Positions 20,178 through 30,301 of a stretch of 64,000 bases of DNA are shown piece after piece. The notes beneath the pieces are model-generated. The model was given only the letters and a program-made list of their open reading frames with translations. It searched no databases and was not told where the DNA came from. Position 1 is the first letter of the stretch, and each line of letters opens with the position of its first letter. Source of the DNA: Alphaproteobacteria bacterium (GTDB lineage Bacteria; Pseudomonadota; Alphaproteobacteria; SP197); assembly GCA_964291415.2 (NCBI GenBank), contig OZ219920.1, positions 384,001 through 448,000 on the forward strand. Reading direction: 5' to 3'. A program made the position numbers and the translations under genes.

Positions 20178-20235
20178 ATTTGCTCGCTCTCACATGTCAT
20201 GGCCGGCATGACCTGGGTGGCATCGGAGTCTCTCA

Positions 20236-20367
20236 ATTTCGGCTCAATGTTCTGTGCAAGTCAACGTTAACTCATGAAAATGATCGGAAAAAAATCGGCA
20301 GTAGTTTCGAGGATTTTGCGATGCAGGAATTGACTGCAACTGAAGCAAAATCAGACTACACATTTGT
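20236..20367 (-). promoter_or_regulatory. Conserved promoter and operator-like boxes upstream of the paralog
   Basis: TTGACT-N17-CGAAAT (20264-20236); ACAAATGTGTAG (20367-20356) identical to 5951-5962. Confidence 0.55.
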
Positions 20368-20864
20368 GCAGATCGTCCTGCAAACAACGCTCGTTGCACG
20401 CGGCGACCTGCCCGCGCATCCTGCCTTCCTGGCCGGACCCCGGCATATCGGACACAGGGCGGGGAAACGGGAATGCGAACGCAATCGGGCATGCGGACCG
20501 GGCCCATATCAGGGCGTGGCATTCGTAGGCGCGCCGGCTCGGCCCGCTTTCCCCGGTCCCGTCTCGGTGACCGTTTGGCCTTGCCCCCCGGTCCCGCCTT
20601 GCCTTCAGTCTCCAGCATTTCGCCGCGCCGCCCGGTGAGGTTGCCGCGGGAACGCCGCAGGCCTGCTTCGTCATGGCCGACGCCCAGAGCATGGCCGCCG
20701 GCCCGGGGGTGCAGGCGTGTCCTCTGCCGACGCCGCAAGGGCCCAGGCCAGTCGGAGAACTCCGCGCCCGGTGGAGTCCTTCAGGCGGCGGGGCCCGCCC
20801 GGCCCGTCTCTCTGTCCGGTGTGCCGCGTCGGGGATGGAGCGCAGCGGCCGGTTCGACGTCTTC

Positions 20865-22259
20865 ATGAGGGCGCGGCATGCGGGTCCCTGCGCGCTGTGG
20901 CTTGCACTCGCCTGCCTGGCGGGGCCGGCGGGAGCGCAGACGGGCGGGCCGGAGCGCCTCGACCTCTCGCTGGAGGAGGCGGTGTGGCTGGCACTCACGA
21001 GGAGCCGGTCGGCGATCCAGGCCCGGCTCGAGCGGGAGGAGCAGCAGCTCGCGCTGGAAGGCGCGGAGGAACGATACGATCCGATGGCGGACCTGAGCCT
21101 GGAGACGACCGCCGCAAGCCGGAACGACGAGACGGCGGAATTCTCCATCGGGCCGAGCCTGCGGGTGCCGACCGGCGGTTCCTTCCGACTTTCCATCAAC
21201 AAGCCGCTCGCTGGCGAGCGCGACCGCGGGGCGAGCACGACGCTCACGTTCTCGCAGCCGCTGCTCAGAGACTTCGGGCCGGAACTCGACACCCAGCCGG
21301 TCCGCGAGGCGCGGCTGCAGGAGCGGATCAACCTGCATGCCTTCCGAGACACCGCGGCCGGCATCGTGGACTCGGCCGTCTCCGCCTATCGCGGCGTACT
21401 GCGGGCGCGGCAACAGACGGTCATTGCGCGCGAGGCGCTGGAGCGGGCGCGGCGGCAGCTCGAGACCAACCGCGCCCTGGTCGAGGCGGGCCGCATGGCC
21501 TCGCAGGACCTCGTGCAGTCCGAGGCCGACGTTGCCGACAAGGAATACGCGCTGATCGACGCCGAGAGCGCGCTGGAGACCGCGATGTCACACCTCGTCA
21601 ATACGCTCGACCTTGAAGAAGGGGTGCGAGTCGAGCCGCAGGCGGAGCTGCCCGTACAGCCCGAGCGGCCTGACCTCGTGGAGAGCCTGGAGACGGCCTT
21701 CGCCCGGCGCACGGACTGGCTCAGCGCCAAGATCGGGGTGGATCTGGCGCGCATGGTCCTGCACCGCGCGGAAAACGCGCTCCTGCCGGACCTCAGCCTG
21801 AACGGGCAGGTCGACCATCTGACCGGGACCGACCGCATGCACTGGACGGTCGGGCTGAAGCTGACGGTTCAACTCCACAATGACGAGTCCCGGCGGGCGC
21901 TGACGCGGGCGCGCAACAGCCTCCTGCGGGCAGAGATGGCGCTCGCCGAGCAGCGCCAGTCGATCCGCATCCAGGTGCGCCAGGCGGTGGAGAATGTGGC
22001 GGTGGCGCTGCGCCAGATTGACCTTGCGCGCCAGGCGCGGGAACTGGCCGAGCAGAAACTCGACGTGGAGCGCCGCAAGCTGCAGCAAGGCCTTTCCTCC
22101 GCGTTCCAGCTCGGTCGCTTCGAGGACGACATGGTGGCGGCGCAGAGGCGCGAGCTGGACGCGGTGGCCCGCTACCGGGATTCGCTCGCCGGCCTCGACC
22201 GGTCGCTCGGCACGACGCTGGACCGGTGGGGCATCAATGTGGAGCAGGTCGGACAGTGA
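20865..22259 (+). CDS. TolC-family outer membrane efflux protein
   Basis: Signal peptide ending PAGA-Q; LSLEEAV, FSQPLLRDFG, LLPDLSL, helical repeats, ERRKLQQGLSS. Confidence 0.9.
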   Translation: MRARHAGPCALWLALACLAGPAGAQTGGPERLDLSLEEAVWLALTRSRSAIQARLEREEQQLALEGAEERYDPMADLSLETTAASRNDETAEFSIGPSLRVPTGGSFRLSINKPLAGERDRGASTTLTFSQPLLRDFGPELDTQPVREARLQERINLHAFRDTAAGIVDSAVSAYRGVLRARQQTVIAREALERARRQLETNRALVEAGRMASQDLVQSEADVADKEYALIDAESALETAMSHLVNTLDLEEGVRVEPQAELPVQPERPDLVESLETAFARRTDWLSAKIGVDLARMVLHRAENALLPDLSLNGQVDHLTGTDRMHWTVGLKLTVQLHNDESRRALTRARNSLLRAEMALAEQRQSIRIQVRQAVENVAVALRQIDLARQARELAEQKLDVERRKLQQGLSSAFQLGRFEDDMVAAQRRELDAVARYRDSLAGLDRSLGTTLDRWGINVEQVGQ

Positions 22260-22333
22260 CCGGGCCAGGCATCCGCCGCGAAAGCCTAGAAGCGGTCGAG
22301 ATCGTGCTGGTTCCGGGGAGTTGAACACGGGCG

Positions 22334-23032
22334 ATGCTGGAACTTGTCGACATCCGCAAGACCTTCCGCCTCGGGCCAGTGGAGGTCGAGGTGCTGAAGG
22401 GCATCGACCTCCGTGTGGAAGCGGGCGATCTCATGTCGATCATGGGGCCTTCGGGCAGCGGCAAGTCCACGCTGATGAACATACTTGGGCTGCTGGGCCG
22501 CCCGACCTCGGGATCCTACCGGCTCAACGGGCGCGATGTCTCGACCATGAACGACCGGGAGCTCTCCGCCTTCCGCAACGAGAACATCGGCTTCGTGTTC
22601 CAGTCCTTCAACTTGCTGGGGCACCTGACGGCGCTGGAGAACGTGTCCCTGCCATTGGTCTATCGGGACTCGGACCGGCGCGGCGCACGTCGCCGGGCGG
22701 TGAACATACTGGAGAAGGTCGGCATGGCGGACCGGCTGGACCACAGGCCGGACCAGCTGTCCGGCGGGCAGAAACAGCGGGTGGCGATCGCGCGGGCGCT
22801 GGTGGGGACGCCGTCCGCCGTGTTGGCGGACGAGCCGACCGGCGCTCTCGATTCCGACACCGCCGAGGAGGTGATGCACCTGCTGATCCGCCTCAACTGC
22901 GAGGAGCGGGTCGCCGTGGTCATCATCACCCATGATCCGGCGGTTTCCCTGCAATGCCGGCGCCGGGCGCTGATCCGCGACGGCTCGCTGCTCGAAGAGG
23001 CTGGCGAAGCACGGGAAACCGGCGCGGCATGA
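22334..23032 (+). CDS. ABC ATP-binding protein, MacB/LolD type
   Basis: GPSGSGKSTLMNILG, IGFVFQSFNL, LSGGQKQRVAIARAL, LADEPTGALD, ITHD. Confidence 0.95.
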   Translation: MLELVDIRKTFRLGPVEVEVLKGIDLRVEAGDLMSIMGPSGSGKSTLMNILGLLGRPTSGSYRLNGRDVSTMNDRELSAFRNENIGFVFQSFNLLGHLTALENVSLPLVYRDSDRRGARRRAVNILEKVGMADRLDHRPDQLSGGQKQRVAIARALVGTPSAVLADEPTGALDSDTAEEVMHLLIRLNCEERVAVVIITHDPAVSLQCRRRALIRDGSLLEEAGEARETGAA

Positions 23033-23185
23033 AGCATGCGATCCAGGCGGCTGCTTTGGCCTCCAGCCCGTACACCCGGCCGGGGGCCTCGATTCCGTCG
23101 CCGTCCCGCAAGGCAATCGAAGCGCCCGCAACCTGAGAGCCGGCGCGAAGTCCGCGCGCCGGCAAGATGAAAGGAAGTTCAGATC

Positions 23186-23935
23186 ATGAAATGCCCTCTC
23201 GTGGCGGCCCTGGTCGCGTTGGCGCTCCTGGCGCCCCTTGCGGCGGTGGCCCACCCCGGTCACGGCGCGAACCCGGACAAGGGCGCAATCGAACGGATTG
23301 TCCGCGACTACCTGCTGAGCAACCCCGAGGTGATCGAGGAGGCCATCGACGTCCTTCGGGTGAAACGCCAGGCGGAAGAGCGCAAACGCGCTGAAGCCGC
23401 CATAGCCCGCAACCTCGAGGCGCTGCGCTCGCATCCGATGTCGCCCGTCTCCGGCAACGCCGCGGGCGACGTCACCGTCGTCGAGTTCTTCGACTATCGC
23501 TGCGGCTTCTGCAAGCGCGCGCTGCCGGCGATGGAGGCGCTGCTGGAGGAGGACGCGAACGTGCGCGTTGTCTGGAAGGAGTTCCCGATCCTCGGCCCCG
23601 TCTCGGAGTTCGCCGCACGCGCAGCCATGGCGGCCGACCGGCAGGGCAAGTACTACCCCTTCCACCTCGCGCTGATGAAGGAGCCGGAGCTCACCGAAGG
23701 CCGTGTGCTGGAGATCGCCGTGAAAGCCGGGCTCGACCCCGAGCGGCTCCGCCAGGACATGGAGGACCCGGCGATCGCGGCCTACCTCGACGAAACCCGC
23801 GCCCTGGCGCAGGAGATCGGAATCACCGGCACGCCGGCGTTCGTGGTCGGCGGTACGCTGGTTCCGGGCGTCATCGATGCCGCCGGCATGAAGGCCCTCG
23901 TCGACGCAGCGCGCACGGCCGGCAATGCGGGATGA
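23186..23935 (+). CDS. DsbA-family (Com1/ScsC-like) thiol-disulfide oxidoreductase
   Basis: Signal peptide; IVRDYLLSNPEVI, EFFDYRCGFCK, KEFPILG, GITGTPAF. Confidence 0.92.
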   Translation: MKCPLVAALVALALLAPLAAVAHPGHGANPDKGAIERIVRDYLLSNPEVIEEAIDVLRVKRQAEERKRAEAAIARNLEALRSHPMSPVSGNAAGDVTVVEFFDYRCGFCKRALPAMEALLEEDANVRVVWKEFPILGPVSEFAARAAMAADRQGKYYPFHLALMKEPELTEGRVLEIAVKAGLDPERLRQDMEDPAIAAYLDETRALAQEIGITGTPAFVVGGTLVPGVIDAAGMKALVDAARTAGNAG

Positions 23936-23948
23936 GGGAGCGGCCGAC

Positions 23949-24653
23949 ATGAAAATCGAAACGCGCCAGTCGGGTTCTACCGTGATCGTCGTTCCTTCCG
24001 GGCGGCTGGACGGCATTGGCGCGCCGGACGTTGAAGACCAACTCGTCGCCGCTGCAAAGCGGCACCGGGGCTGCGTGGTGCTGGACTGCCGCGCCATCGT
24101 ATACATCAGCAGCGCGGGGCTCCGCGCGCTGCTCCTCGGCGCAAAGGCCTGCGCGCGGGAAGGCGGCGAACTCACTGTTGCCGCGCTCCAGCCAAACTGC
24201 CGGACGGTCATGGAGGCGAGCGGGCTGCTGTCCGTGCTCCAATACACCGAAACCGTGGAGGCCACGTCCAAGGGAGCCCGCCGCCCGCGTCGAAGGCCAG
24301 TGCGCGACGCCATGGAAGTCGGGGAACGGCGCGAGGCGCATGCGGTCGTCCTCTCGCCGGTCGGCCAGCTGGACAGCGACAGTGCTCCCCTCCTGTTGAA
24401 GAGGATCGGCGACGCCATCGAGAGCGGAGATACGCGCGTGGTGCTGGATTGCGCTGGTGTGAGCTATGTCAACAGTGCCGGCCTGCGCGCCCTGCTGATC
24501 GGCGCCAAGCAATGCCGCAAGGCAGGCGGGAATCTCGTCATCGCCGCGCTTGCGCCGCAGTGCCGTTCGGTCATGGAGATGAGCGGCTTTCTCACGATCA
24601 TCGACTATTGGGAGACCTCCGAAGCCGCCGTCGTCGCGCTCGCCAGCGAATGA
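23949..24653 (+). CDS. Tandem STAS-domain anti-sigma-factor antagonist
   Basis: Two repeats: GRLDG/GQLDS, VVLDC, YISSAGLRALL/YVNSAGLRALL, VMEASG/VMEMSG. Confidence 0.88.
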   Translation: MKIETRQSGSTVIVVPSGRLDGIGAPDVEDQLVAAAKRHRGCVVLDCRAIVYISSAGLRALLLGAKACAREGGELTVAALQPNCRTVMEASGLLSVLQYTETVEATSKGARRPRRRPVRDAMEVGERREAHAVVLSPVGQLDSDSAPLLLKRIGDAIESGDTRVVLDCAGVSYVNSAGLRALLIGAKQCRKAGGNLVIAALAPQCRSVMEMSGFLTIIDYWETSEAAVVALASE

Positions 24654-24806
24654 AGTCGAAACCGTCAACGGCGGCGGATCAGTGTCCTGCACGGAGCGTT
24701 CACGGCGCAAGCATGGCGTGCGCAGACGGCGCAAGGAGGCACCATCACAGGAAAAAGCCCAGCACGACGGCAACCACCAGCCCCGCTCCCGTCGCGATGA
24801 CGCCGT

Positions 24807-25581
24807 GCGAGGTTGCGGTGACGAGCGCCACGGCCGGCCACATCGCCGAGATTGGCTTCACGTGCGGCCAGCGGGTGTCGCAGGGCGAGGTGCTGTTGCG
24901 CCTCGACATGGACGAGACCCGGCTTCTGTACCTGGAAGCGCAGGTCGAGTACGAGAACGCGAAGAAAGCCATCGACGACCTCGACAGGTGGGAGACCGGC
25001 ACGGAGGTCACCGCCGCGCTCCGGTCGTTGAGCAAGGCGCAGTTGGCCATGGAAGGCGTGGCCGCCGACTTGAAGCAATCGGCTTTCCTGCTGGACGAGG
25101 GTCTCGTCCCTGCCTCGCAGCACGAGGACGCCAGGCGCCGTTACGAGAGCCAGCTGCTCGACCTGGAGGCGGCCCGGCAGAACCTCGACGCGGTGCGGGC
25201 CAAGGGCGGAGACGATGCCAGGCGGGTGGCGAACGTGAACCTCGAAAAGGCGCGCAGCCGCCTGAGCGCCGTCGAGGCCGCGCTCGCGCAGGACACCGTC
25301 GTGGCGCCCATCTCCGGCGTGGTCCAGATGCCGGCCACTCCCGAAGGGACGCTTGTTCGCGGCCTGAGTGTGGAAAAGGGCAACGCGCTGCTGACGATCG
25401 CGGACGTCGACCGTCTGGCCGTGTTGGCCCAGATCGACGAGGTCGAGGTGACGGCGATCCGCCCCGGCCAGCCGGTGACCGTGCAGGGCGACGCCTTTCC
25501 CGACCTGGTGCTGCGCGGCGTGGTGCGTCACGTGTCCCAGCAACCTCGCGCCTCCAAGCCGACCGGGGGCGTGCCGCTGTT
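24807..25581 (+). repeat. Copy 2 of the adaptor-gene internal duplication, lacking PAS, TM and C-terminus
   Basis: Near-identical to 13172-13946. Confidence 0.95.
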
Positions 25582-25912
25582 TACGTTGAACAATCGTACG
25601 GATCGAGGATGGAAGCTGCGGTTCAGGACCCGGGACGACAATGTGGGTCGAAGCCCAACCGCAACAGCAGGTACCGACTATGACGATGTCCATGAAAAGG
25701 CTGGCACTGCTGACAATTGGAGCGAGCTGATCTTTGAGCAGGGAGTAATCACCAAAGTGGTTTCGATCGACACCCATGCCGACGCACAGGGCGACGATGG
25801 CGAGTGGTTCGCAGTCAAGTTTGTCAACCATGAAGACAACGCAGGACGGATCGTGTTCGGGTAAACCGGTTCCGACTGGACCACCCGAGTCAAGATCACC
25901 AACGACGGCCCG
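25582..25912 (+). pseudogene. Calx-beta-like passenger remnant in frame with the autotransporter, broken by TAA 25862-25864
   Basis: FRTRD...TATAGTDY...LIFEQGVITKVVSIDTHAD...GEWFAVKF; after TAA the same frame reads TGSDWTTRVKITNDGP-MPKAW. Confidence 0.65.
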
Positions 25913-27358
25913 ATGCCGAAGGCGTGGCTTGCGCGCTTCGGGCGCACGGTGGCCGAGCAGGCCATCGAGGCGGTGGAGGCGCGGTTCGATGCGTGGCGCG
26001 AGGCCGGGTTCACGGGGACGCTTGCGGGCCAGCCGCTCGGCGGCGGCGCCGAGGGCGAGGAGCCGGTACCCGAGGCGGACGCGGCGCGCGGCCTCGGGAC
26101 GCTCTCCGGGTGGCTGCGGGGCGAGACGGACGAAGAGGACGCCAACGGCTTCGTCGAGGGCACGATGGGCCCGGGCGAGCTGCTCGCGAGCTCGTCCTTC
26201 TCGCTGACCCGGGGCACGGCGGAGACGGGCTTCGCTTCCGTGTGGGGCCGGGGCGCGGTGACGCGCTTCGACGGGCGCGACGGCGCGCTCGCGGTCGACG
26301 GCGAGGTGGCGAGCGCGATGGTCGGCGCGGACTTCTCGCGCGATGCGCTGCTGGCCGGGCTGATGCTCTCGCACAGCCGGGGCGAGGGCGGCTACCGCGA
26401 CGGCTCGGGCGGCGGCACGGTGGAGTCGACGCTGACCGCGCTCTTCCCCTACGCGCGCTACGCGCTCACCGAACGGCTGTCGGTGTGGGGGATGATGGGC
26501 TACGGCGAAGGGACGCTGACGCCCGAGGGACAGGCGGCGCTTCGCCTCGACATGGACTTCGCGATGGGTGCGTTCGGGGTGCGCTCGGTGCTGCTCGACG
26601 GCGGCGCGGACGGGGCGACGCTCACAGCGAAGTCGGACGCGTTCGCCGTGCGCACGGGCACCGATGCGGTGTCGGGACCGGACGGGAAGCTCGAGGCGGC
26701 CGAGGCCGATGTGACGCGCGTGCGTCTCGCGCTCGAAGGGTCGCGTCCGCTGCACTTGAGCGAGACGGTGGTGCTGACGCCGAGCCTCGAGCTCGGGGTG
26801 CGCCGCGACGGAGGCGATGCGGAGACCGGCTTCGGGACGGACATCGGGGCGGGGCTCGCGCTGTCGGACCCCGCGCGGGGCCTGAGCGCGGAGATCCGCG
26901 TGCGGGGGCTGCTGACCCACGAGGACGAGGGACTGAGCGAGCGGGGCCTCTCCGGCACGCTCGCCTTCGATCCCGCGCCCGAGTCCGGGCGTGGCTTGAG
27001 CCTGAGCCTCACCCAGACCGTGGGCGCGGAGACCTGGGGCGGCGCGGAGGCGCTGCTCGAGCGCACCACGCTTGCGGGGCTCGGCGCGGAGGAGGACGAC
27101 AGCCTCTCGGCCCGGCGCCTCGATGCGCGCGTCGGCTACGGCTTCGCCGTGTTCGACGATCGCTACACGGCCACGCCCGAGCTTGGGCTCGGTCTCTCCG
27201 ACAGCGGCCGCCAGCTCCTTCTCGGCTGGCGGCTTACCGAGCGCCTCTCCGCGGGGTTCGCCTTCGGTTTCGGTATCAAGGGGACGCTGCGCGAGGCGGC
27301 GAACGACGATGCCCCGCTCGGGACCGGCATCGGGCTGCGGCTCAGCGCGTCCTGGTGA
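25913..27358 (+). CDS. Autotransporter beta-barrel domain with passenger lost
   Basis: AWLARFGRTVA linker helix; amphipathic strands VWGRGAVTRFDG, PYARY, LELGVRRDGGDAETGFG; C-terminal LRLSASW. Confidence 0.8.
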   Translation: MPKAWLARFGRTVAEQAIEAVEARFDAWREAGFTGTLAGQPLGGGAEGEEPVPEADAARGLGTLSGWLRGETDEEDANGFVEGTMGPGELLASSSFSLTRGTAETGFASVWGRGAVTRFDGRDGALAVDGEVASAMVGADFSRDALLAGLMLSHSRGEGGYRDGSGGGTVESTLTALFPYARYALTERLSVWGMMGYGEGTLTPEGQAALRLDMDFAMGAFGVRSVLLDGGADGATLTAKSDAFAVRTGTDAVSGPDGKLEAAEADVTRVRLALEGSRPLHLSETVVLTPSLELGVRRDGGDAETGFGTDIGAGLALSDPARGLSAEIRVRGLLTHEDEGLSERGLSGTLAFDPAPESGRGLSLSLTQTVGAETWGGAEALLERTTLAGLGAEEDDSLSARRLDARVGYGFAVFDDRYTATPELGLGLSDSGRQLLLGWRLTERLSAGFAFGFGIKGTLREAANDDAPLGTGIGLRLSASW

Positions 27359-27404
27359 GGCGGCGGCGTGGAGGCAGGGACCGGGGACCGCCCTGCGGCA
27401 GCTC

Positions 27405-27699
27405 TGATCGACCGCCTGGTCCATCACTGCCACATCGTCAACATCCGCGGGAACAGCTATCGCATGCGCGATCATCAGAACCTGCTGCAAGCCAGCGCCG
27501 AGCGGCGCCGGAAGAAGGACGGATCATGATCGCCGCCGCCAACAAAGACTTCGGTGCGAGCCGCCCGCTGTGGATAACTGGCCCCCCGCCGCCAGACTCG
27601 TGGCGGTCGCTGCGGCGGGCCAGTTACCCACAGCTCAACCGAGCCACAGTGAGAGATTTTCGATCGGCGAAAGTGTGCAATTTTCAGTCGGCATTGACA
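27405..27699 (+). mobile_element. istB: IS21-family istB 3' fragment and terminal inverted repeat
   Basis: LIDRLVHHCHIVNIRGNSYRMR; end ...ATTTTCGATCGGCGAAAGTGTGCAATTTTCAGTCGGCATTGACA with tandem internal repeats. Confidence 0.85.
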
Positions 27700-27929
27700 C
27701 ACCATCCCGGTCAATCCACCACACGTTCAATGTGGCAAGAATCCCCGGGCCCCTACCGAACTAAACAGGGAACCAACAATCGTCCTTGGGGCTGTCGCGA
27801 TCGACGCGTGAGGTGCATGGGCTATCAGGCTGAAGCGTTTCACCGATTGGATGCGAGCAGAGTCGTGTCGAGGTCGCATCGGGATCTGGAACTGGGCCAT
27901 AGGGGTGGGCTCGACGGTTGTGTCTCACC

Positions 27930-28260
27930 GCGTGGGGCGGAACTGCGGGTCGAGGTCGCGTCTGGTAAGGTGGCGGAAGCCCGCTACCAACATGCCGAGG
28001 GCCTTCACCCGGGGACGGCGCTTCGTCACCGGATCCCAGCCCCGGGTCTGCAGCAGGTCACGCCGATGCGGTCCAGGGTCGTGCGCACCACCTCGTCGTG
28101 GGCCCGCACAACGCGGGCGTCGCCCATCGCCAGCGCCTCCAACGACACCGGCATCGAGAAGGCGACGTCCCAGCCCGGACGGTGCTGTCGCGCCCTTGAT
28201 GATCCGGCCCAGTCGGATGGCGCTCTTTGGCACTCGGCCTGAGAGCGCCGACTCGATGCG
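27930..28260 (-). pseudogene. MobF/TrwC conjugative relaxase fragment
   Basis: Across frames: HRPGWDVAFS.PVSLEAL..GDARVVRAHDEVV and LLQTRGWDP...VAGFRHLTRRDLDPQ (degenerate HxTSRxxDPQLHTH). Confidence 0.75.
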
Positions 28261-28299
28261 CGACGACACCACGTGACCCCTCATGTTCGAGCCCGCCGC

Positions 28300-28760
28300 C
28301 GCGGTGCCCTGCCAGAAGCTTGCCTTCCTGTGTTCCGGATCGTTCTTCGCGTAGTAGCCATCCTTTCAACCTTGACACTACCAGCTTCATCGTTGCGACG
28401 ATCTCGGCGATGCCGTTCAAGTCTCCGATGTCCAGATGCAAGCTCATTCCGACATCTTCACCGCCCATCAGAGCGATCCGGAACTCGTTCGCGGGCGCGA
28501 AGCGAGCGGATTTGCTGAAGGCGTCCAATGGTTCGTGTCGCATTTCGTCAATGGAGTCGGTGACCGCTTCCGAGGAGGTCTCGTAACCATGTCGAGGAAT
28601 GTGTGTTCGTGCCTACAGTCGATGACAACCGCGTGTGTTCCGAATTTCGACCCCATCTCCCCTGCCGCGCGCACCTGCCTGGTAAGTCGGTTCAGGCATG
28701 TGGCGTAGTCGGGGTCCCTGGAAACAACTTGAGAGGAGCAGATTACGTAGGGGTGCAAAG
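28300..28760 (-). pseudogene. Frameshifted hypothetical protein fragment, lower GC
   Basis: Overlapping ORFs KFGTHAVVID...FLDMV and FSKSARF...EFRIAL...LDIGDL look like one broken gene. Confidence 0.35.
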
Positions 28761-28771
28761 TCCTGGCGCAC

Positions 28772-29242
28772 TTGAACGAAGGGGGATTCTACACGGACAT
28801 TGCAGAAGCGATTCGGCAGATCTCCAGCAAGCCGGTCAACGATCGGCAAGAGCTGTGGCGCCGGATCGTCTTCACCATCCTTGTGTCGAACAACGACGAT
28901 CACCTGAAGAACCACGGGTTCATCTATGCCGGCAGCGACCGGTGGCGGCTGTCGCCGGCCTTCGACATCAATCCGTCTCCGTCACGGCATCGGGTCCTGG
29001 CGACGGGCATCATCCAGGGTGGTTCATTCGAAGCATCGCTTGACCTGGCTCTCGAGGCGTCCGAGTTCTTCGATATCGAATCTGCCGCCGCGAGGCAGGA
29101 AGCGCACAGGATGGCCAGGATCGTCGCCGGCAACTGGAAGCAGGTCCTGCGCAAAGAAGGGGCGTCGAGTGACGAGATTCGCGGATATGCGGAAGCTTTC
29201 GAACACGCTGAGGCAGAACGGGCCATGGGCCTTGACGGGTGA
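28772..29242 (+). pseudogene. HipA-family kinase toxin, C-terminal fragment
   Basis: ELWRRIVF, SNNDDHLKNHGF, WRLSPAFDINP; N-terminal domains absent. Confidence 0.8.
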
Positions 29243-29411
29243 TGCCGACGCTGTTGCGGCAACTCACCACATCCGGTTCAGATGGTGTCCAGTTCCAGTC
29301 CTGTCTTGCCGCTGGTCGCTCACAATGCGGGCGGACGAGCGAGGAAGCACCTCGCTGCGATCTTCGAATCCCTGCCGCAGCAGGCACCGGCGGTCCACGA
29401 CGGAGACGCGC

Positions 29412-29870
29412 TCAGCCGTTCGCTTCTTCCTCACCTGATAGCCGGCGCTGAAACGAGCCGGGAGAGAGTATCGGCACGGTGAATGCGTCTGCGAGCGCCA
29501 GGATGTCGGCATCACCGGTGACAAGCACATCCGCCTGCCCGGCTACGGCAAGGCTGAGGAATGCCCTGTCGAACGGATCGCGGCGTTGCGGAATCGCGGC
29601 CTCGTTGCCGGAGACGTCGACGCTTTCGCAATAGGGGAGGTAGTCATCGAGCAGCTCGCGTTGATCGTCGGCACTCAGCGCAAACTTTGGGTAAGCGAGG
29701 ACCCGGATCAACTCGGCAGTGGTCTCACGGCTGGCGAGCGGGCGGATGCGGCCCAGCCGCCAGGCTCCACGGAGCCACGATACCTGGCCGGTGTGGAACA
29801 GCAGTGACGAGACCAGCACGTTTGTGTCGAGGACCGGGCGAACTGGCGTCAGTCGCCGGACCGCGCCCAT
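29412..29870 (-). CDS. PIN-domain toxin
   Basis: VLDTNVLVSSLL, ELIRVLAYPKF, RDPFDRAFL, LVTGDADIL; exact start uncertain. Confidence 0.85.
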   Translation of the reverse strand: MGAVRRLTPVRPVLDTNVLVSSLLFHTGQVSWLRGAWRLGRIRPLASRETTAELIRVLAYPKFALSADDQRELLDDYLPYCESVDVSGNEAAIPQRRDPFDRAFLSLAVAGQADVLVTGDADILALADAFTVPILSPGSFQRRLSGEEEANG

Positions 29871-30073
29871 GCCACCGCATCCTTCACGTCGGTATCCGAG
29901 AGCCCGAGTCTGGCGAGCTTCGCCCGCACGCCATCGGCACGGTTGACGCGAACCGGCGTGAGAACGATACGGCCATCCTCCGTGGTGACATCGAAGTAAT
30001 CAGTTGTCTCCACGGCCGCGACCACTGCCTTGGGCAGGGTCAACTGGTTCTTGGAGGTCAGCTTGGCGAGCAT
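29849..30073 (-). CDS. AbrB/MazE/SpoVT-family antitoxin
   Basis: MLAKLTSKNQLTLPKAV...GRIVLTPV; overlaps the PIN gene. Confidence 0.88.
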   Translation of the reverse strand: MLAKLTSKNQLTLPKAVVAAVETTDYFDVTTEDGRIVLTPVRVNRADGVRAKLARLGLSDTDVKDAVAWARSGD

Positions 30074-30301
30074 GATCGGTTTCCAAATGATGAATGCGAA
30101 GTAAGGAAACAATGCAACATTGTTCCGGCAAAATCAAGGAAACCTCCCATTGTGTGTTTGGCGATGCCAACCGGATCGATACGTGACGCCTTGGCGAAGG
30201 CATGCAATCGGCGACGGTCGCCGTTGCTTCCTCCAACTTGCGTTGTCCGTCTCCATCGGGCACGGTTCGAGGGACACTGAATTCGCACTGAAGGGGATAC
30301 C

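Noticed and set aside
19536-20638. ORF-track calls in the haloperoxidase-tolC gap (19536-20039, 19661-20638, 19885-20109)
   Set aside because: Better explained as off-frame readings of the decayed Cys-rich paralog and its promoter
27733-27762. Short similarity (GCAAGAATCCCCGG...TACCGAACT) to the minus strand near 11352-11382, as possible island-end repeats
   Set aside because: Too short and gapped to separate from chance or IS-end debris
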